The notes below the pieces were generated by a model that saw only the letters and a program-made list of their open reading frames with translations, was not told the origin of the DNA and did no database searches. From Cyanophora paradoxa CCMP329 (taxonomy: Eukaryota; Plantae; Glaucophyta), in NCBI GenBank assembly GCA_004431415.1, contig QPMI01000017.1:372001-436000 (forward strand): a DNA stretch of 64,000 bases, given 5' to 3'. The translations under genes and the position numbers were made by a program. Of the stretch, positions 44,301 to 56,300 are shown piece after piece. Numbering within the stretch: the first letter of the stretch is position 1; every line of letters starts with the position of its first letter.

Positions 44301-47119
44301 GGGCCGGGCGGGGCCTGGCGCCCCGCCCTCCGCGCCCTGCTGGAGGACGCGCTGGTGCGGAACGAGCACAGCGGGCAGGTGCACCCCATCGGCCGCGTCG
44401 ACTTCGAGTCCAGCGTCGCCTCGTGCCGCGCCTTCTCGGGGCCCCGCGCCCCCCGCACCACCCTCGTCGAGTACTACGAGGCCAAGGGCCGCAAGGCGGA
44501 GGAGGAGGAGCGGGCGCGCGGCCTCGAGCCGCGGCCCCGGCCCCGCCTCCGCTTCCCCCGCTCCCCGCCCCTCCGCGAGTCCGAAGCCGGCTCCGACGCC
44601 CGCGTGCGTTCCTCGCCCTCGCACCCCGGCCTGCGCCTCTGACTCCCCCTCAGATCGCCCCGGAGCTCTGCGCCGTCCACACGGGCATCACCGGTGCCCC
44701 CGCCCCGCCCCACGCGCCGCCCCGCGCCGACGCGCACTCGCGCGCGGCAGCGTCGATGCACGACGGGGCGGCGTGGCTCCTCGACGGCCTCCACGTCCTC
44801 CTCCAGCGCTCCGCCGCCGCCGCCGTGCGCCCTCTTTGCTCGAGTCCTGAGGGGTGGAGGGTCCTGACGCGCCGGGGCAGGCGGTGCGGCGGGTGCGGGG
44901 GATGCTGGGGATGGGCGAGCGGCCCTTCGCCCGCCCCGACCTCCTCGCCGCCGCCATGCGCCACAGCAGCGCCCGCGCGGAGGCGCCGGCGCCGGCCGGC
45001 GGGGCGCCGGCGGCTGCGCCCGGGGCGGAGGCGGACAGCGAGCGGCTGGAGTTCCTGGGAGACCGCCTGGTCGCCTACGTCGTGCGGCGCGCCCTCGTGC
45101 TGGGCCTCCCCCGCCTCTCCGCGCACGCCGCCGCCGCCCTCTCGCACGAGCTCTGCCGCAACGCGACCCTCGCCCGCGCCGCCGCCGCCCTGGGCCTGGA
45201 CGAGGCGCTGGAGCGGGGCAGGGGCCAGGTCGCCGCCTCCGAGAAGATGCGCGCCGACGCGCTCGAGGCGCTGGCGGGGGCGCTGTTCCTGTCGGAGGGC
45301 CTCCCCGCCGCCCGCCGCTTCCTGCTCGCCGCCCTCCTCGCCCCCTACGAGGAGCTCGACCCGCGGGCGCCCCACGCGCACAAGGTCTCCGCCCTCGCCC
45401 GCCGCGCCCTCGCCGCCGCCCCGGACGCCCCGCTCCCCTCCCCCGCCCTCCCCGCCTTCGCCCCCGCCGGCGGGCCCGGGGCGAGCGAGGCGGAGCTGCA
45501 GGCGGCGGAGTTCGTGGAGCAGACCGTCGGCCACGCCTTCCGCGACCGCGGGCGCCTGCTCGAGGCGCTGCGGGGCGGCCCGGCGGCGGCGCGCCTGGCG
45601 GCGCTGGGCCAGCCGGCCCTCGAGCTCTGCGCCGCCGTCCACCTCTTCGGCTCCCACCGCGGCGAGGCCCCCGGCGGCCTCCAGGACCTCATGCGCGTCG
45701 CCGTCCAGGCGGCCCCGATCCGCGCCCGCTGCGCCCAGACGCTCCTCCTCCCGGGGGCCCTCGCCGCCGCCCGCAAGGGCCTGGGCACGCCCGAGGCCTC
45801 CGCGGAGGGGGCGCGGCTCGCGGACCCCCGCGCCGTGTACGAGGAGGGGGCCGGCCAGGGCGAGCTCGTGGGGGCGCTGGCGGCCCTCGCGGGGGCGCTG
45901 GCCTGCGAGGGAGAGCCGTCGCTCTCCGCCCCGCCCCCCGCCTGCGCCCACTGCGCCTGCGACCTCCCGGGGCACCTCTTCCACAAGTGAGCCGCGCGTA
46001 CCCCCTCCGGCCCCTCCCCCCTCAGCCCGCCTCCCCCGCAGGCTGCTGGCGTGGATCCACCAGGGGCGGCTGGACCCCGGCGAGGAGAACAGGGCGGCCC
46101 GCGAGGCCCACATGCAGGCGCGCCCGCCCTCGCCCCCCTCGCATTTCCCCGCGTGCCCTGAGGCGTCGCGCTCCGCGCGTGGCGCGCAGGAGCCGATCGA
46201 GGGGTGGCAGGCGGCGGGGATGTCGCCCTTCGGGGCGTACGTGCCGCCCTACGAGCTCCCCACCGAGGCCGAGGCGCGGGAGGCGCAGGCGGCGGCCGAG
46301 GAGGCCCGCCGCGCCGCCGCCCGCGTCCGCTTTGTCCCCGCCACGGGCTCTGGCTCCTCCTCGGCGGGCGCCGGCGCCGGGGCCGGCGGCGGGACCCGGG
46401 GCGCCGCGGCCGCCCCCACCGGCGCCAACGCCACGCCCCTCGGGCCGGCCCGGCCCCGGCCCCGTCCCCGGCCCCGGCCTCCGCCCCGACCCCGCTGCCG
46501 CCCGCCCCGGAGCCCTCCGCCGCCGCCTCCGCCTCCGCTACGGCGCCCGCCCCGTCGGGCGCGGCGGGGATGCTGGGGGCGGCGCTGGAGGCGGCGCGGC
46601 AGGTGGCCGACCTGCTCAACGCGGGCCTCAGGGGCGGCTCCCTCCCCCCGCCCAGGCCGCCCCCAAGTACGCCGCCGCCGCCGCCGGCCTCCGGCGGGCC
46701 CTGCGCGAGTGCGGCGGGGCGGGCCCGTGCGGGAGGCGGCGGGGAGCTGGGCGGCACCTCGTGAACGCCGCCCTCACGGGCGTGAGGGGCGGCCTCGTGC
46801 CGCAGGCCGAGGCCTGGGCCCGCGAGGCCGTCGCCGTGTACGAGGGCCTACCCGCGGGCGGGGCGAGGGGCGGGCGAGGCGGGCCTGGAGGGGCGCGCCT
46901 GCAAGGCCTGGTTCGTCCTGGCGCGGGCCCTCGAGGCGCAGGGGCCCGGGCGCGCGGCGGAGGCGGCCGCCGCCGCGGGGCGGGCGGCCGCGCTCCGGCC
47001 CGAGGACGGCGACGCGGCCGCCCTCGCCCGCCGCCTCGCCGCCGCCGCCGCCGCCGCTGGGGCCTTCCGATGAGGCGCTCTGGGGCAAGGTGGATCCGCT
47101 CTATTTTGCTTGCAAATAG
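38361..47119 (+). CDS. Dicer-like protein with N-terminal primase-like TOPRIM domain, UIM-like repeats, G-patch, platform-PAZ-connector, RNase IIIa and degenerate RNase IIIb
   Basis: TOPRIM-like LGLTEGGLKS...VVFFPDAG...VAWW...NIDD; UIM-like EQIERALRASL and EVREALRLSQ; G-patch AQRIMERQGWHPGEPLGR...DRRGVG; PAZ/connector LEDALVRNEH...TLVEYYEAKG...IAPELCAVH; RNase III SERLEFLGDRLV...ADALEALAGALF. No AT-rich intergenic gap lies inside, but several low-complexity segments need extra introns or frameshifts. Confidence 0.75.
43270..43560 (+). repeat. About 21-bp coding minisatellite encoding S-S-Y-P-P-P/Q-A/G heptads inside the Dicer-like gene
   Basis: Repeated cctcatcgtaccccc(t)ccagcgg/gcaaggg units, translating as ASSYPPPTASSYPPPAASSYPPPAAPSYPPQGAPSYPSQGTSSYPPQG. 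Confidence 0.85.
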
Positions 47120-47577
47120 CCTAGTATCAAAACTGTGAATATTAGTTCAATTTGAAACAGGTTTGGTGTGGTGTGCCACGTGCACATGCACCGTAGTAGT
47201 GGTAGTGCTATGTCTCAGCAAGAGGCTCAGGCTTGTCAAGCTGATATTCATTGAATGTTGAAATTCATTGTGTAATTGCAATTGAACAATACGTGTAACT
47301 CATGATCATGACCCGGGACCCCTCGATCATGAATCATGACCGTGTACGAGGGCCTCGAAGTCTAATAAGAGACTCGAGAGCTATAGCTCGAGCTCTAGCG
47401 CCACTATGCCTAGGGCTAGACTAAGAATTGCCTCCCGGGTCCGTTGCAATTGCCTCACTGCGCCGCGGCGCGTGCAGGCATTCAATCGTTGCCCGGGCCC
47501 ACGTACACTGCGCATGCTTTCAAAGCTTTCAAATTAAAGTTTACCGTGCCCCTGCCCCGGCGTGCGCAGAAGTAGTA

Positions 47578-47740
47578 CTTGCGCAGCGCGACGCTTTTCG
47601 TGTTGAACACATGTGCGCCGCTCGTACCCCCCTCCCGCCCCCCCTCCCCGTGTATCCCTCACATTCCCCCTCCCCGCCTTCAGACTACGATCCGGACCCC
47701 GGCAGCGTACACCTCTCGGGGGGAGACTACGTGCGTTCCC
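47578..47740 (+). pseudogene. Isolated duplicated fragment (two micro-exons plus intron) of the K+ channel gene
   Basis: Near-identical to 50916-51078 (cttgcgcagcgcgac(g/a)cttttcgtgttgaacacat...ggagactacgtgcgttcc) with scattered substitutions. It is followed by a poly-C run of about 59 nt. Confidence 0.8.
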
Positions 47741-47741
47741 C

Positions 47742-47805
<64 letters not shown>

Positions 47806-48088
47806 AGCCCCCCGCGACAGCCCCGTCAACAGGCTATCGTACTCATGTACATGGCCCGGTGGCCACGTGCACTGGGGCCTTGATGAGCTGGCCACCATCA
47901 AGCGATGAAGGACCGGCGGCCGATGATCACGGATTCAGGGAGTCATGATCATGATCATGAAACCGTCGGACCAGCGGGCAGTCCCCAAGCTCTAAGTCTG
48001 CCTTCGTTGCTGTCTACAGATCGAGAATCACACTGTGACATGCATGCAAGTGCCGCAGTGCGTGGCCGCTGTGATGCGGGGGGAGGGG

Positions 48089-49385
48089 TCAGGAAGGGGC
48101 GGGGGGCGGGTTGTAGGGCCCGCGGTGGAGGTTGGAGACGCCGGCCTGGCACGTGGGCATGACCTGCGCGAGGCGACAGCAGCGGCCACGGGGCGCGCGC
48201 AGCCAACGTCAGGGCGCGGACGGGAGGGTTGTTAGGGGTAATTATTTAGGGGACGCGCCTGGAGGTCCGAGACCTGCACGTTCGGCGGGCTGCGGGGGCG
48301 GCCCGATCACGAGGCGCCGGGGGTACAGCGATCGGGGCGCGGGGGGGGGTACCAGGAGGCGGCGTAGGCAACTGCGTCGGCGATGTCCTCCGGCGTCAGG
48401 CAGTCCACGTCCTTGTACCAGTTCTCGGCCTAGGGAGGCAAAGGATGAGGGGGGGTACAGCGCTTCAGGGAAAGGGGTACGCGTTGCGCACCCGCTCCTG
48501 GTCGCCCTTGAAGCGGACGAGGGCGAACTCGGTCCGGGCGAGGCCCTGCGCGGAATTCAGAGGGGGTACAGGCCTCCGCGGGTCACGGGGGTACGGCGCA
48601 CGGGGGATACGAGGGTGACGCGGAGGGGCGTCGCGACGAGCTCGTGCCGAAGCGAGTGGACGTACGCGTCCAGCTGGGAGGGGGGAGTTCGGTGGAGGGG
48701 AAGAGAGCACGGGGGGTACGGCGCACGGCGGCCTTGGTGGAGCAGTAGGTGGCGCCGCCGGCGTAGGCGCCGCCGGCGCCGCCCTTGCCGGCGATGGAGC
48801 TGATGGCGATGACGTGGCCGCGGCCGCGCTGGAGCATGCCGGGGACGAAGGCGCGGATGCCGATGGCCGGCGCGAGCACGTTCGTCGCGAGCATCACCTC
48901 GAAGTCGGCCGGGTCGAGGGCGTAGGAGGGCCCCAGGCCCAGCGCCAGCCCCGCGTTGAGCACCAGCACCTCCTGCGCGCCCGAGGGCGGATCGGCGCGC
49001 GATCGGAGCGATCGGAGCGGGGCGCGGGGCCGCACGACATCACGGAAGGCCTCGGGGAGCGCGGCCGGCAGCGCGAGCATGCGCTCCTTGTCGCGCACGT
49101 CGGCCGCCACGACGTGCACCGCCGCCCCGTGCGCCTCCTCCAGCTCCTGCTGCACCGCCCGCAGCCGGTCCTCCCGCCTCGCCACTGCCCCGCCCCCCTC
49201 GAGCTAGGACGCGGTTCGCACGTGCGCGTGCGCGCGGGGCCGGACGCACGGAGGACGAGCTTGCAGCCGAGCTGCGCGAGCTTGCGCGCGCATGCCGCGC
49301 CGATGCCGGACGAAGCGCCCGTGATGAGCGCCACGCGGCCGGCGAGCGGCGAGGGCGAAGGCGGAGAGGCGGACGTGGACGCCAT
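48089..49385 (-). CDS. Short-chain dehydrogenase/reductase, YdfG-like
   Basis: ALITGASSGIG, VARREDRL, VLNAGLALG, catalytic YCSTKAA, GLARTEFALVRFKGD, LTPEDIADAV and NVQVSDLQ|VMPTCQA. Confidence 0.92.
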
Positions 49386-50304
49386 TACTCGGAAAGCCGG
49401 CGCGGGCGCCCCGCTCCGAAAGCAGAGCGCAGTAGAGCGGCTGAAATCGATGCGCTGCCCGACGAAGGCGCGTCGCCGGGTGAGGCTGGTCGGCTCGCTC
49501 CGCTTCGAATTCTGCCTGCGCGCGCTGCCCGCTGCGGGAGAGCGCTGGGTCTGGATCGCCTTTAAGAGCGCAGCCGGTGTTGAGCAGGTCGGACGGATGA
49601 GGCAGGCCGCGAAGAATGGCATCGGCTCCGCTGAGACTGCTTCTTGGGGGGGGGGGGAAGGGGGGGCTACATGAATTCGTGAACGAGAGCTGGACGAGCT
49701 GGACGAGCGACGGCTGCTTCATCCCCGGCGCATTGCGGGCGGCAGAAAGAAGCTGTACAGCAGCAGCATGCGCAGGTGCGCCGCAGCGTCGGTAGCGTAG
49801 TTCGGCTCCCAGCGCACAAGAGCACCGAGCATTCAAGTTTCCGCTGAGGCGAGGCGCCAGAGGGGTCAAGGAGCTGTGCTAGCAGCCGCATCGCCGCAGC
49901 GCGCTTCGAATTGAGTCGAGGAGCCTCGGCTGCAGCCTGCAGCCAGCGCCTGCAGCCTGCGGATAAGGCTCCAGCGGACGCCGCGCCGGGGCCAGCAGGC
50001 CGCGGTGTCCATGGCTCTAACCGCGGGAGTTCCGGGTCTCCATTCGATGTACGGAGTCGACGTCGGCACCAGCCAGCGCCGGCGCGAGTATTCCGCGGCC
50101 GCGTAGCGAACACAAACCTCCGAATCCATCCCCCCGCATCTCGGCTTGCAGCGGGGGGCCCGCCGTCGCGCTTTCTCGTTTAGCTACGTGAAGCTCAGGC
50201 GATCGATACACGCGGGAGCCGGGCTGAGCGCTCGCCGCCGGACCGACCAACGACCCTTAGCGTGCGCGTGCCCGCTCGCTCTGCGGGCGGAGGCGGCGGA
50301 GCGG

Positions 50305-53300
50305 ATGTCGGCGCCGCAGGCCTTCAACGACCTCCCGAGCTTGGTGCGCGGCGCTGCGGGCGCTAGCTAGAGCGCAGGCCCGCCCTCGTGTGCCGCAGCG
50401 TGCGGCCCGCGCCGCCGCGCCCGGCCCTGCTGATAGCGAGCCGCCGGCCCGCCCGGCAGGCGCGGGTGGCGCTGATCTCCCTGTGGGTCTTCCTCGGCGT
50501 CGGGGTAGTCGCCTTCGCCGCTGACCTCACCTCCCAACCCCACGTCCGCCCCCCCGCCCCGCCCCGCCCCTCCGCCCTCTGCAGCTCCGCTCGAGCCGGC
50601 TCCGCGCAGCGCGTCTCCGCGAGCGACAGGCGGACGCGGGCGCGCTTCGCGAACCAAAAGACGGTACCCCCGCCCGTCCATTCGCTCGCGCCCGCCGGCG
50701 GCGAGCCGAGCGCCGCAGGCCCGCGAGATCGCCGGCCTCCTCTTGCGCGGTGCCGCGTACCCCCCCTCCGCCCCGCCCCCTCCCTCACGCCCCCACCAGA
50801 CTCCGCTATCGGCCGAGCCTGGTCCCTCTGCCAGGGCGCCCTCGCCCTTTTCAGGTCCGCCCGGCCCCGGTACCCCCCTGCCGCCCCGCACCCATCCCAT
50901 ACCCCCCCCCTCCTCCTTGCGCAGCGCGACACTTTTCGTGTTGAACACATGTGCGCCGCTCGTACCCCCCTCCCGGCCCCCCTCCCCGCGCATCCCTCAC
51001 ATCCCCCCTCCCCGCCTTCAGACCACGATCCGGACCCCGGCAGCGTATACCTCTCGGGGGGAGACTACGTGCGTTCCTCCCCCCTCCCCCCTCCCCCTCT
51101 TCCGCCTTCGAATTCGTCTCTTCTTCTGACATCGTGCGCAGTTCGTCGTGCACATACAAGTACCTCCCCTCTCATCTACCCCCTTCTCCTTGCCCCTGAC
51201 CCCCCCCCCCGGCAGCCGCTCATCGAGCTCGTGATCAGCTTCCTCTTCTTCGGAGACTACCTCGTGCGGACCCGTACCCCTCGAACTCCGTACCCTCCTT
51301 GCTGAATCCCCCCCCTCTCCGCCCCAGATCCAGCTGTACCTCGCCGACATGCGGTCCGCCCTCTACCGTCTCTTTCGCCTCCCCTCCGGTCCCCGAGTCG
51401 GGGCGGGGCAGGCTCCTCTATATGCTGCAGCCGCTCGCCATCCTCGACTTCATCACCTTCGCGCCCACCGTGCGCCCCGCTCGGATCCAATCTGATCCAT
51501 CTGATCCGTCTGATCCGATCTGATGCGACCCGCGGCAGATCGTGACGTGGCTGCTGCTGGAGGGGACCTCGAGCCTCTCCTTCGTGCGCTTCCTGCGGAT
51601 CACGCGGGGCCTGACCCTCATGAAGACCTCCGTCTCCGGCTCCGTCTTTGCCCTCCGCCGCGAGGACGGCGCGCCCCTCTTTCCTCACCCCCTCCCCTCC
51701 CCGCTCACCGCCAGTCTCTCTTCGCGCAGACACGCGGCGGCAGATGCGGATCCTGGTCTTCACAGTGGCGTGCCTGCTCTTCATCTCCGCCTGCGTCATT
51801 CACACCGTCGAGACCTCCCTCTCCCCCGAGGGGCACTGGCGCGCCCCTTTCCGTTCCCTTCCCTTCGGATTCTAAGAGGCGCGCAGGCTCGACAACTCGG
51901 GGCGAACGGTCGCCTGGGTGAGGGCGCCCCCTTCGCCCTCGCCTCTCCTGCAGCGCTGACGCCCCCTCTCTCGACCCCGCCCGCAGCACGACAGCCTGTA
52001 CTACCTGTGCGTGCCCAGCCCACTCTCTTTGCGTATAACCCCCGCGTACCCCCCCCCCCCCCCGCGGCTGACGCTGCGTGCTACTCGCAGATTTGTCACC
52101 GTGCGGCCGCCGCGGGGGCCGCCGCCCCGCTCCCCCTCGCCCGCCGCCTCACGCGGCCCTGCCTACCCCTCAGATGAGCACGGTGGGGTACGGCGACATC
52201 ACGCCGATGACCTCCCTCGGCCGCGCCGTGGCGATCGCCATCCGTGCGCCCGGGCCCGCGTGGCGCCGCCGGCCCTCGTGCCGCCTCACCCTGGGGCGGG
52301 GGCAGTGGTGGTGGCGTTCACGGCGGTGCCGATGCAGCTCAACAAGCTCCTCGCCCTCATGCAGGTGCCGCGCTTTATGCTTAAGCTCAAGCTCGAGATC
52401 CAGCGTCCTCCTCGCCTTCCCATCCGGCGCCCCTCTCACCGCCCCCGTGCAGATGCAGACGGCGTGGTCGCGCCCCGCCGCCCTCAAGCGCAACCAGCCC
52501 CACATCGTCCGCCCCCGCCCCCCGCCCCCCGCCCCCCGCCCCTCCCCTCACCCCGCCCCGGCCCGGCAGATCGTGTGCGGGCAGCTCAACTTCAACGCCG
52601 TCGCCGACTTCCTCGTGCGCGCCGCGTACCCCTCTCCCGCGCGCCCCTACCCCCACCTGACTCTCTCGTCCCTTCTTCTTCAGACCGAGTTCTTCCACAA
52701 GGCGGGCCCCCCCGCCCCCGCCCGCCCGCCCCGCCCCCCTCCTACAGGCCCTGACTCGAAAGAAATGAACGCGCAGAACCGGACGGAGAACGCGCAGTAC
52801 AAGGTCATCTTCCTCTCCAGCGAGGAGCCCAAGCGCGAGACCGAGGTACCCCCCGCGGAATAGATCCTGAGCGATAAGATGGAAATGAGAGAGGCCTCGG
52901 GCTCTAGATCCAGCTCCCATTCAATGATTAGATTCAAGCGGGAGTAGATTAGTTTTCAAGCGATAAGATTCAAATTAGAGAGGCTTTGGGCTCTAGCTCC
53001 CTCCGGCCGACGGCGCGCGGAATAGATCCTGAGCGTTACGATTCCAATTTGATCCAAGGAAGCGGCTCTAGCTCCCTCTAACCGACGGCGCGGGGGCCGC
53101 GGGGCCAGGTGCTGGTGACGTCGGCGCTGTACGGGAAGCGGGTGCAGTACCTGGTGGGGACGCCCCTCATGTACGAGGACCTGTTGCGCACGCGCCCCGA
53201 GCGCGCCCGCGCCTGCTTCCTCCTCGCCAACAAGGGCGCCGCCGACCCCGACGAGGACGACCGCGGTGCCCCGCAGCCCCTGCCGCTGCAGCTTCTTCCC

Positions 53301-56300
53301 CGGCCCTGTTCTCACGAGCTCGGGGGGCGCGCAGCGACGTTCCTGCGGTGCTGGGCCTTCAAGAACCTCCGGTGCACTTTACCCCTCTACGTCCAGGTCG
53401 GTCCCCGGCCCACCGGCCGGACCGCAGGCGGGGCCCTCCTCCTCCCTACCCTCTGAACGCCGCCTCCTGCGGGCAGATCCTGCGGTCGCGGAACGAGCGG
53501 CACCTGCGCGCCCTCCTCGACGACTCCCGCGACGCCTTCTTCTCCGTCGAGCGCATGAAGGCGCGACGCGCCCCTGCGATATCTAAGACTAACTCTAGAA
53601 TAGACGATATCATTAGAGTCTCGCGATCGCTTCTCACGGCGGGCGGCGGCAGATGTACCTGCTGGCGAAGTCGTGCCTGGCGCCGGGCTTCGCGGCGCTC
53701 ATCGCGAACCTCATGCGCTCCGACGACCTCGCCGCCTACGCCCTCCCGGAGGCCAGCTGGAAGGCGGAGTACGGCGAGGGCGTCAACGACGAGATCTACA
53801 GGTGCGCGCGCGCGCGCGGGGCCGGGCCGCCCCCAGCCCGCCCCCCCCTCCGCCGCACCCAGCGAGGCGGGGCGGGGGGGCAGCGTGGCGGTGGACAAGC
53901 GCTGGTGGGGCCTCTCCTTCGCGGCCCTCGTGGCGGACGTCTTCTGCACCCACGGCCTCCTCGTCATCGGCATGGCCGAGCCCGTCCGCCCCCCCGCCCC
54001 CCCGCCCTCGCCCCCCGCCCCCCTCCCTCGGTGCCGCGCGGCAGTCAGATCTAGAGCCTCGGGCCCGGCAGGTGAAGGGGGCGGAGGGGGCGGAGGGGGC
54101 GGAGCGGGTGGAGATCTGCCGCTTCGACGCGCGCGTGCGGCGCGGGTGCCGCCTCTTCGTGCTGGCCCCCGACCCGACAACGGCGCTGGACCTCCAGTAC
54201 CACGCCCTGCCCCGCTCCATCGCCCTCGTCCAGAGGAGTCCGTTTGTTTCTTCTCTGAGGCGCGCTTTCAGTTTGCTTGTTTCTTCTCTGAGGCGCGCGG
54301 TGCGCGCGCGCAGGCCTGGCGTCGATGCAGGTGCAGCAGCGGCGGGGCGTGCAGAGCCTGGCACGGCGGGGCCCGGGCGGGCGGCCGCTCAAGGCGGGGG
54401 CGCATGCGGGGGGCCGGGGCGCGCTGGCGCAAGCGAGCGCGAGCGGCGTGGTGATACCCGAGGCGGCCCTCTCCCACTGGATCCTCCTCGAGCAGGCCGC
54501 CGCCCAGGCCCGCCCCCGCCCCGGCCCCGCCCGCCCGCCCGCCGACCCCCGAGCCCCGCCTTCTTCGTTTGCAGGCGGCGAGGGCGGACGCGCTGGAGCG
54601 GGCGGGGGTGGAGGCGCTGGAGCTCAGCCCCCCCGAGGCCGGGCCGGACCCGGCCCCCGATCGCGAGCCCTCTCTCGCCCCGGCGAGCACCCCTGGCCCC
54701 CTCCGGATCCTCTCTTGCCGCTCCGCCTCTCACGGGACGACGCGGCAGAGCTCGGGCGTGCTCTTCACGCCGGTCGAGGAGACGCGGACCGGCGGTTTCG
54801 ATGTGGATCTGGAGGGCGGCGGCGGGGCCAAGGAGGAGGCCCTCTCGCCGGCCGCCCCCGCCGAGGCGCCCTCGCGATCGCGCTCTTCCGCATCGGGCGG
54901 CAGCGGCAGCGGCAGCGGCAGCCCGCCGGCCGGGGAGGCGGCGCCGGCGGGCGCGAAGGCAGAGGCGGAGGCCGAAGACGGCGACCCGGCCCCGCTCCGC
55001 TCGCCGCCACCGGAGCCGCCGGGCCCGGCGGGGGAGGCGGCCCGGGCCCGGCAACGGCCCCCGCGCTTCGCCTCTTTCGTCCGCGCCTTCGTCCCAGGCG
55101 CCGCGCGCGGCCGTGCGACCCCGCCCCGGCCCTCTGCTCCGCCCCGCCTTCACCCCTCACGCGCTGGGCGCAGCAGAGGCGGACGGGGGCGGCGGGACCG
55201 CTCCGGGGGGCGTAACTCGGCTCCCCGGGGGCGGGAGCCGGCGCAACTCGACGGCGGGGGACCCGATGGCGGCGCTGGAGGACATCGTCCTCGTCTGCGG
55301 CATGCTCGAGGGCATCGTGCGCCCGCGTCGAAGCTCGAGGCCCCGCGCCCCTTCTCCCCCGCCTGACGCCGGCGGCGGCAGCACCACTTCGTGGCGGGGC
55401 TGCGTGGGGGCGAGGAGGGCGCCCGCCGCCCCGTCGTCATGCTCGGCACCGAGCCCCTCACCGACGACCGCTGGCGCGCCCGCCCGCCCCCTCCATCCAG
55501 CGCCGGCCCGGGCGCGGCTGACGCCTAGGCCTCCCCGGCAGGTTCGACATCGCGGACGCGCTGACGCACGAGACGGTGGCGCACGGGACGCCGCCCGAGC
55601 AGCTGCGGCGGCTCTGCGGCGAGCACCTCGTCTTCTTCGTGCAGGGCTCGCCCCTGCTGCTCCGCGACCTGGACAAGGCCGGCCTCGACCGCGCCGCCGT
55701 CGTCGTCCTGCTCTCCGAGGAGCGCGTCCCGGCGGACCGCGAGGCGCGCGCGGGGGCGGCCGGCGCCTTCGACGAGCGGATGGTGGACGCGGCGACGCTG
55801 ATGACGGTCAAGCTCATCGAGGACCACTACGCCCTCGAGCACGCCCGCCCGGGGCCCTTCGTCATCGCCGGCCTCAAGTTCGCCTCCAACGGGTGCCCCG
55901 CCCCTTCGCCCCTTGCGGGCCGGCGCCCGGCCCGCGCCTGAACCGCCTCGCTCGCTCGTGCAGGGCGTTCCTGACGCTACAGGGGAGCGCCGCGGCGGTG
56001 GCCGAGCAGCTCGCCGAGCGCGCCGGCGCCGTGGGGTCGCCCCGCGCCGGGAGCGACACCGACGCCGGCGGACCCGACGCCAAACCCTCCGCCGAGTGCG
56101 GCCCACCGCGCCCCGCGGCCGGCCCCGACCCCGCCCTCACTGAGCCGGGCCTGGGGCGCGCAGGGCTGCGACGGCGTGGCACGAGCTGCAGCGCGCCGGC
56201 ACCGATGGCGGCGGCACCCCGCGCGAGGCCGGCTCGGCGCGCCCCGCCCCGCTGCTGCGCGGCGCCGCCGCTCGGCTCACCTTCGCGATCAGATCCTTCG

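Noticed and set aside
47743-47801. Long poly-C tracts (also at about 10925, 20822, 30968 and 58359) as poly-Pro coding or G-quadruplex elements
   Set aside because: They are intronic or intergenic homopolymers with unreliable length, and no function can be supported.
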